Origin: Veillonellaceae bacterium
Lineage (GTDB): Bacteria > Bacillota > Negativicutes > Veillonellales > Veillonellaceae
Length of the DNA stretch: 64,000 bases
Direction of reading: 5' to 3'
Assembly: GCA_900765165.1 (NCBI GenBank)
Contig: CAAFQR010000110.1
Span: forward strand, 6,776-70,775
The notes beneath the pieces were generated by a model. The model did no database searches. It was given only the letters and a program-made list of their open reading frames with translations, and was not told where the DNA came from. The translations under genes were made by a program, and so were the position numbers. Below, in pieces: positions 58,478 to 64,000 of this stretch. Positions within the stretch are counted from its first letter, which is position 1, and every line of letters starts with the position of its first letter.

Positions 58478-58517
58478 TTTCACAGAATTTCTGAAATAAA
58501 CAGCATCATCTAAGATA

Positions 58518-58566
58518 GACTGTCCTGGCGTACTCAGTACATAGTAGGACAGTCTATTTTTGCATA
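58518..58566 (+). terminator. Intrinsic terminator after ridA
   Basis: AGATAGACTGTCCTG-(loop)-AGGACAGTCTATTTTTG. Confidence 0.8.
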
Positions 58567-58577
58567 CATATAAAGTT

Positions 58578-58882
58578 CTTGACAGAATAGTGACCGCGGT
58601 AGTACAGTAAACCCAAGGTTTTTGTGGCGCTTATTTCAAGCAAGACATCTGATGGAGTTTTAGCTCACAGGGCAAGGCATCTATGACGAGTTTTAGCACC
58701 ATTGAAAGGACGCAGGACAAAGGCCAATACAAATTTATCGCTTGGATTGTAATAACCGAGACGAATGCAGATTTCAAGAATATATCCATCCCTAGGCGTA
58801 GTGGGCCCAACGTGGGCGCAGTCTGTGCCTAAGCGGGATGTCTATTTGTGTCGCATCTTTTCGGATGCGGCTTTTTTTGTGT
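58578..58882 (+). promoter_or_regulatory. Promoter (TTGACA-18-TACAGT) plus ~290-nt structured leader ending in an intrinsic terminator, immediately upstream of panC
   Basis: TTGACAGAATAGTGACCGCGGTAGTACAGT at 58578-58607. Terminator GTCGCATC-TTTTC-GGATGCGGC followed by TTTTTTTG at ~58848-58882, 50 nt before the panC ATG. GAGTTTTAGC occurs twice. Confidence 0.45.
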
Positions 58883-58928
58883 CTGCGTGCGGTACGCCAA
58901 GCCTTTTTCTAAGAAAGGGTGTTTACCA

Positions 58929-59780
58929 ATGATTATTTGTCACACTGTTGAAGAGCTTCGTCGTCATGTGAAGGCCTATAAGGCGCAGCAAAAGACTATC
59001 GGTTTGGTGCCGACTATGGGGGCGCTGCACTGTGGTCATGCTTCGCTCATCGAAGCGGCTGCCAAAGAGAATGACGTTGTCATTACGTCTGTGTTCGTGA
59101 ATCCTACGCAGTTTGGCCCCAACGAAGATTACGACGCCTATCCCCGCACGTTAGACAAGGATGCCGTAGTGGCCGAAAAGGCAGGCGCCACGATTTTATT
59201 CGCGCCGGCGCCGTCGGAAATGTATCCGCACCAGGATCCGGTTTGGGTTGAAGTGACCGGCGACATTACGAAGGTGCTCTGCGGCCGCACGCGTCCCATT
59301 CACTTTAGAGGTGTCACCACCGTTTGCATGAAGCTATTCAATTTGTCCCAGTGCGACCGCGCCTACTTTGGCCTAAAGGATGCACAGCAGACGCAGGTGC
59401 TAACGCGCATGGTTGACGAGCTTTTTATGAATGTTGAGCTCCGCTTAATGCCTATCGTCCGTGAAATGAACGGCCTCGCCGTAAGTTCTCGAAATGTGTA
59501 CTTATCCGATACGGAAAAGACGGCGGCGCTAGTGTTATCTCGTTCCTTGAAGAAGGCAAAAGAGGCCTTTACTAGTGGTGAACGCAATAAGCAGACCTTG
59601 TTGGACACGGTAACAAAAGAAATTCAAAGCGAGCCGTTAGCCCAAATCGATTATGTTGAAATGTACGCCATCCCTGGCTTAGGTGCTGTGGCGGAAACGG
59701 TGGACCAGTCGGTGCTCTTAGCCATTGCGGTACGCATCGGTTCAACCCGTCTTATCGACAATGTCATCTTAGAAGGGTAA
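58929..59780 (+). CDS. panC: Pantoate--beta-alanine ligase
   Basis: Start MIICHTVEELRR; HIGH-like motif (PTMGALHCGH), conserved throughout. The ORF-track start at 58848 lies inside the leader/terminator. Confidence 0.85.
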   Translation: MIICHTVEELRRHVKAYKAQQKTIGLVPTMGALHCGHASLIEAAAKENDVVITSVFVNPTQFGPNEDYDAYPRTLDKDAVVAEKAGATILFAPAPSEMYPHQDPVWVEVTGDITKVLCGRTRPIHFRGVTTVCMKLFNLSQCDRAYFGLKDAQQTQVLTRMVDELFMNVELRLMPIVREMNGLAVSSRNVYLSDTEKTAALVLSRSLKKAKEAFTSGERNKQTLLDTVTKEIQSEPLAQIDYVEMYAIPGLGAVAETVDQSVLLAIAVRIGSTRLIDNVILEG

Positions 59781-59784
59781 GGTG

Positions 59785-60777
59785 ATGACCATGCTGGGAA
59801 CAATCATCCATTACCTGACTAAGTACATGGCGGTTGGCGTTATCGCTGCAGGCCTTTTCGGTATGTTGGTGCCGTCGGTGGCAAAGCCGTGGGCCAGTTA
59901 TATTCCAATCTTCTTAGGAGTTATCATGTTCGGCATGGGGCTTACGCTAACGCCCCAGGATTTTAAGGAAGTATTCAAGCGCCCTAAAATGATTGCCCAA
60001 GGGGCGTTGCTCCAGTTTGCGGTTATGCCGCTGGTGGCGTTTGGCTTGATTACGGTGTTCAATTTGCCACCGGAAATCGCCATTGGTGTAGTCCTCGTCG
60101 GTTGCTGTCCCGGTGGTACTGCGTCCAATGTTATTTCCTACATTGCCCGTGCCGATGTGCCATTGTCGGTGTCTATGACCATGGCGAACACCATGCTGGC
60201 ACCGCTTATGACGCCGCTTTTGATTTGGCTCATTGCCGGTGCGTGGATTGAAATTAGCTTCTGGTCCATGGTGTTATCCATCGTGAAGATTGTGCTGTTG
60301 CCGTTAGTGGCCGGCATTGGCTGCAACTATTTCTTCCCCAAGCAGATTCAGGGCATTACGAAGGTGATGCCGCTGTTTTCTTCGTTGGTAATTATGGTTA
60401 CCGTAGCCTGCGTCGTGTCCTTGTCGGGTCGCGCTGTTATTGAAAATGGGTTAACCATTTTTGTTATCGTCATCCTTCACAATTTGTTAGGCATGACCTT
60501 TGGTTATTTAGGTGCTAAGCGCTTTGGCCTTAAAGAGGCACAGGTTCGCGCTATGGCTATTGAAGTGGGCATGCAGAACTCCGGCTTAGCGTCTGCGCTA
60601 GCGCTTATGTATTTTACAGCAGCCGGTGGCATTGCCGGCGCTATTTTCTCCGTATGGCATAACATTTCCGGTTCTATCTTTGCATCATACTGTATGGCCA
60701 AAGATGAACGGAAGGAACAAGAAGAACAACAGCAACTAGGATATGTGGTTGTTCCGGAATCGGCTAAACGTGATTAA
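59785..60777 (+). CDS. Bile acid:sodium symporter (BASS) family transporter; candidate pantoate/ketopantoate importer
   Basis: 10-TM BASS architecture. Starts 4-5 nt after the panC stop, so probably translationally coupled. Confidence 0.75.
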   Translation: MTMLGTIIHYLTKYMAVGVIAAGLFGMLVPSVAKPWASYIPIFLGVIMFGMGLTLTPQDFKEVFKRPKMIAQGALLQFAVMPLVAFGLITVFNLPPEIAIGVVLVGCCPGGTASNVISYIARADVPLSVSMTMANTMLAPLMTPLLIWLIAGAWIEISFWSMVLSIVKIVLLPLVAGIGCNYFFPKQIQGITKVMPLFSSLVIMVTVACVVSLSGRAVIENGLTIFVIVILHNLLGMTFGYLGAKRFGLKEAQVRAMAIEVGMQNSGLASALALMYFTAAGGIAGAIFSVWHNISGSIFASYCMAKDERKEQEEQQQLGYVVVPESAKRD

Positions 60778-60808
60778 AAGCGTTAGCTGTGTAAGGGTTA
60801 ATCGAATA

Positions 60809-60848
60809 GTAGTAAAGAATAAGGCGACCTCCAAAGAGGTCGCCTTTA
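60809..60848. terminator. Bidirectional terminator
   Basis: AAGGCGACCTC-CAAA-GAGGTCGCCTT. Confidence 0.75.
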
Positions 60849-60885
60849 GTGTGTAATTGTTTGTGTTATATAGTTTTTAGCTTTG

Positions 60886-62034
60886 TTAGTCGTCGCCGAA
60901 GATGTTGAACAGCGTAAACATCGGTTCTACCCAATCCGGGAACAGGTCAAAGTTCCGTTCCGGTTCGATGGTCGGGTGCAACCAGGTGCTCCACGAGGTG
61001 TGGAAGTTGGTTTGATGGTTCTGCTGTACATAGCGATAGAATTTGCTCAGCATCTGGAGGCGCTGTTCAGCGTACGGCTTTTTCCAGCCTGTTACGTCAT
61101 TGACAGCCGCTTCATCCAAGCCGTTTAAGGCTTTCTGGTGTTCCAGAATAGTGGCGAAGGGGAGCTCCGGATGCTTCATCATTTCATACATGGCCATGAA
61201 AGTAGTCGTGCGACCTTGGCCGGCTTCGCAGTGGAAATGAACCCACGCATCGTCCGGTAGGTTTTTCACGGCATTGACAAAGTCGTCTACCGCGGTGGGG
61301 CTAGGCCAAATGTGATCAGTGGCCGTGATGCGGACATAGTGGAAGCCCGCTTTGGTAGCGACCGTTTCCTCCGTAGCGGCCGAGTTCACCTGGATGGACT
61401 GGGAATCGGCAACGGTTTTCTTTTTAGATAAGGTGTTTACCGTAATGGCTTGGCCCGGCAAGGTTTTTACCAATTCTGATTCGGCTTGCTGAATGGACGC
61501 ATTGCTTTGACCGACGTTAGCCCAGTCTCGCTTGCCATAGCGGCTAATCGGCTGACCGTTTACGTACAAATGGGTTTCTTGACGAAGGTCGAAGTCGTAC
61601 AAGGGACCTTTCGTGTGGGTGCGCAAATCAGCAGCGATGGTTTGCCACTGCGTAGCCGTAGGCTGCGCGCTACCGGACATAGCCGTGCCGGGTACCGTTA
61701 TGCCGTTTAAGGTAGTCGTTGCATCTGCGGTGCGGAACTTAGCAGGTAATTTAGCTGCATCCGGCACATCGACACGCCAAATGGCGGTAGCGTAAGGATT
61801 GGGCAAGCGTTTATCGCTGTACACTTCGTTAGGATCTTCCGGTGTATTCGCTTTTTTAGCTGCTTCTTCGGCGCTGGCAGTAGTAGCTGTTGCCGTGGCA
61901 GCCGGAATCTGCAAATCCGGAATCGCAGCCTTCGGCAACGAAATGCCGTCGGCGGCCATAGCCGAACCGCACATAGCGGAGCTGACCAATACAGCTAAGG
62001 CTGCTTGACGCCAAATGTTTTTATTCGATTTCAT
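60886..62034 (-). CDS. Secreted protein-tyrosine-phosphatase-like phytase (PTP-like inositol polyphosphatase)
   Basis: Signal peptide. P-loop HCEAGQGRTT (CX5R[S/T]) closely matches the HCEAGVGRTT loop I recall from the Selenomonas ruminantium PTP-like phytase. Start MKSNKNIWRQ, after an RBS. Confidence 0.7.
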   Translation of the reverse strand: MKSNKNIWRQAALAVLVSSAMCGSAMAADGISLPKAAIPDLQIPAATATATTASAEEAAKKANTPEDPNEVYSDKRLPNPYATAIWRVDVPDAAKLPAKFRTADATTTLNGITVPGTAMSGSAQPTATQWQTIAADLRTHTKGPLYDFDLRQETHLYVNGQPISRYGKRDWANVGQSNASIQQAESELVKTLPGQAITVNTLSKKKTVADSQSIQVNSAATEETVATKAGFHYVRITATDHIWPSPTAVDDFVNAVKNLPDDAWVHFHCEAGQGRTTTFMAMYEMMKHPELPFATILEHQKALNGLDEAAVNDVTGWKKPYAEQRLQMLSKFYRYVQQNHQTNFHTSWSTWLHPTIEPERNFDLFPDWVEPMFTLFNIFGDD

Positions 62035-62187
62035 AGGGACTGTCCCTTCTTTCCTTACTACATGTTTTGTATGATGTGTTTGCATTATATATACCTGTAT
62101 TGTACCGTTGAACGCAGACGACCGCAAGCCTAGACTTGCGGTTACGTCGTTGTTTTATACGAGGGGAGAGAGAATGGGTTTTATATA

Positions 62188-63327
62188 TTATCGGTTATCC
62201 GGGCGGTCCCCGTTGTTAGGAAAATCGGGATGTTCGCCGGGCTGACCGTTGTTGACCATGTTGTCATGGTGTTCTTTTTTAACGTGGTGTTTATGATGTT
62301 CACCATCGCGTTTTTCGCCGTCATGGCGGAAGCCGTCACGGTGTTCACCATCAAAGCGTGGATTGTGGTCGCGGTCCATGCCGTCATGGCGGAAGCCGTC
62401 GCGGGGTTCGCCATCAAAGCGCGGATTGTGGTCGCGGTCCATGCCGTCATGACGGAAGCCATCGCGGTGTTCGCCATCGAAGTTGCGGTTGTCTTCGCGG
62501 TTCATGCCGTCAGGACGGAAGTTTTCGCGAGCGCCTTCGCGTTTAAAGCCATCACGACGTTCGCCTTCACGCATGAACGCTACTGGATGCTGACCATTGC
62601 GTTCGAAGCCTTCATGGCGTTCGTTGTTATGCATACGAGGCGGCAACAGTGCCATCTGGCCAGGCGCCATTGTCTGACCACCGACGCGGTTATCTTCTGT
62701 TGCAGAGTACTGGGAATCCTTTTCGTCACGAGGCTGCGGATTTTCCGTTACAGCTACCGGAGTAGCCGGTTTCATAGGCGCTACGCGCATGCCGTGGTTG
62801 TACTCTGGACGGTCGCCGCCTTTGAATTCTCGATTGCCGTCTTTAAAGCCGTTGTCGTCTTTAACTTCGCGGTCGTTATCTTTGAATTCGCGAGGACCGT
62901 TGTTCTGGTAGCCACGGTTGCCATTTTGTTCGCGGAGCTTGCCATAGCGGTAAGCAGCTTCGCCTTGCTGCGCCGTGCGAGCGGTGTTGTTCACTGCGTT
63001 AGGTGCGGTGGAGTCCGCTGCAGGTGTACCCGGTACCAAGAAGATAGCAGCATCGGCTTCTACTTGGTTACGTGCATTTGAGCGAGCTTCGACTAATTTA
63101 TCATAGAAAGTACTGTCCTGCTGAGCAGTTTTAGCCGTGCTCTGCGGCTGTGCTACCGGTGCACTCTGTACGGTAGGTGGTACGGCCATGGTAACCGGTA
63201 CAACGCTGCTTGCCTGGTCAGCAGCGAATGCGCTGCCCCACAAGGCGCCACCTAAAATGCCGATAGCGATTGCTTTCTTTAAGATTGCATGTGTATTTTC
63301 TTTGAAAACCGAAGTTGATTTAGTCAT
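62188..63327 (-). CDS. Secreted low-complexity His/Asp/Arg/Glu-rich tandem-repeat protein
   Basis: Signal peptide; Ala/Pro/Gln-rich spacer; repeats (RDGFRHDGMDRDHNPRFDGE x~3, plus FKDN/FKDG variants); C-terminal HHKHHVKKEHH. Start MTKSTSV after GAAGGAG. The underlying ~63-nt DNA tandem repeats lie at 62290-62520. Confidence 0.6.
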   Translation of the reverse strand: MTKSTSVFKENTHAILKKAIAIGILGGALWGSAFAADQASSVVPVTMAVPPTVQSAPVAQPQSTAKTAQQDSTFYDKLVEARSNARNQVEADAAIFLVPGTPAADSTAPNAVNNTARTAQQGEAAYRYGKLREQNGNRGYQNNGPREFKDNDREVKDDNGFKDGNREFKGGDRPEYNHGMRVAPMKPATPVAVTENPQPRDEKDSQYSATEDNRVGGQTMAPGQMALLPPRMHNNERHEGFERNGQHPVAFMREGERRDGFKREGARENFRPDGMNREDNRNFDGEHRDGFRHDGMDRDHNPRFDGEPRDGFRHDGMDRDHNPRFDGEHRDGFRHDGEKRDGEHHKHHVKKEHHDNMVNNGQPGEHPDFPNNGDRPDNR

Positions 63328-63757
63328 GTGAAACACTCCTTCACTTTTGTTGCCGAGTTTAGTATTAATGGTTGAGCAATCACTGAAGTTGTCGTGAGCG
63401 ATTGCTGAGCATTTATACTGCCATCTGCTTATTAGCAGTTGGTACCGGGATGGCAGTTCAAGTTTTATGTGTACATTGTAAGAAGAAAAAATGAAGTAAA
63501 CATGACGATTTCGTGAAGGTATCATGAAATATATATGAAGGTTTAGTGAAACCGTAGATGAAGAAAAGATGAAGTAAAATCAAGCGTTTTTGAGTATTTT
63601 GACAGCGTATAGAAAAACTGCGCCTGTCTATGGTATTGCCTAAAGCTCTATAAGGACTATATAATAGAGCGAGACATTTTCATCGCCCTCGAGGTGATTT
63701 AACATGATATGAAATACAAAATGTATAGTCTTTATAGATACTAGGAGGTAACCATCA

Positions 63758-64000
63758 TGACAGACGCAGATTTCATGCGCGAAGCCCTTGTTGAGGCGAA
63801 GAAGGCTTATGACCTTGGTGAAATTCCCATCGGTGCTGTTTTAGTTCATGATGGTGAAATTATCTCTCGCCATCATAATCGCCGCGAAATGGACCACGAT
63901 GCGACGGCCCATGCCGAAATGCTGGTCATTCGCGAAGCCTGTGACGCACTTGAACGTTGGCGGTTGACCGGTTGCACGCTTTATGTTACTATAGAGCCGT
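63758..64000 (+). CDS. tadA: tRNA-specific adenosine deaminase, N-terminal part (3' end beyond the window)
   Basis: MTDADFMREALVEAKKAYDLGEIPIGAVLVHDGEIISRHHNRRE...HAEMLVIREA (CDA fold H-A-E motif); RBS AGGAGG. Confidence 0.85.

Noticed and set aside
62115-62150. Plus-strand hairpin (GACGACCGCAAG…CTTGCGGTTACGTCGTT followed by GTTTT) between the two minus-strand genes
   Set aside because: It would terminate plus-strand transcription, but no plus-strand gene precedes it. On the minus strand it lacks a T-run. Probably an incidental or RNA-stability hairpin, not called.
62230-63081. 283-aa plus-strand ORF antisense to the repeat-protein gene
   Set aside because: It exists only because the tandem DNA repeats keep both strands open. 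The minus-strand frame has the signal peptide, RBS and biased composition.

Overview
This 64-kb window looks like a Firmicutes-type chromosome, with AGGAGG-like ribosome-binding sites, T-box and SAM-I leaders, and BirA and PadR operators. The gene content (rubrerythrin, ethanolamine lyase, a PTP-like phytase) points to an anaerobe, possibly Negativicutes-like, which I hold only tentatively. Gene density is about 90%.

Reading 5' to 3', the window holds:
- menaquinone genes (menE 3' end, menC, a hotdog thioesterase) and two tandem OPT oligopeptide transporter paralogs;
- a ~2.2-kb region either side of bioY holding four copies of a long nested-palindrome element whose stems covary between copies;
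- the argCJBDF operon on the minus strand and an AEC transporter;
- modABC, rubrerythrin, then selD, a YedF-like protein and a DUF3343-like small ORF (a selenium-trafficking module beside molybdate uptake);
- ychF, rpsF-ssb-rpsR, an orphan ABC substrate-binding lipoprotein, and a tRNA Asp-Phe-Leu cluster followed by a small AT-rich islet (XRE HTH protein, secreted protein, iteron-like repeats);
- yebC, a compact ethanolamine locus (eat-eutABC), T-box-like leaders upstream of serC-serA, and a histidine-phosphatase gene;
- a secreted polysaccharide-deacetylase / NAGPA / Ser-tailed protein cluster, a biotin-domain-less carboxyltransferase, a DAACS symporter, and padR-padC with a perfect ATGT-N8-ACAT operator;
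- pyrFE, an exonuclease-deoC operon ending in a fused pyrimidine-nucleoside phosphorylase / cytidine deaminase, a SAM-I riboswitch on an orphan metQ, menA, an EamA transporter and pncB;
- ogt, ridA, a long terminated leader before panC, which abuts a BASS transporter, then a PTP-like phytase, a His/Asp/Arg-rich tandem-repeat secreted protein, and the 5' end of tadA.

No CRISPR array, insertion sequence, integrase or recognisable defence system was seen. The signals I would look at first are the covarying nested-palindrome family (6589-8800) and an over-represented 10-mer, TTATTTCACA, that sits just after stop codons and often forms hairpin pairs.
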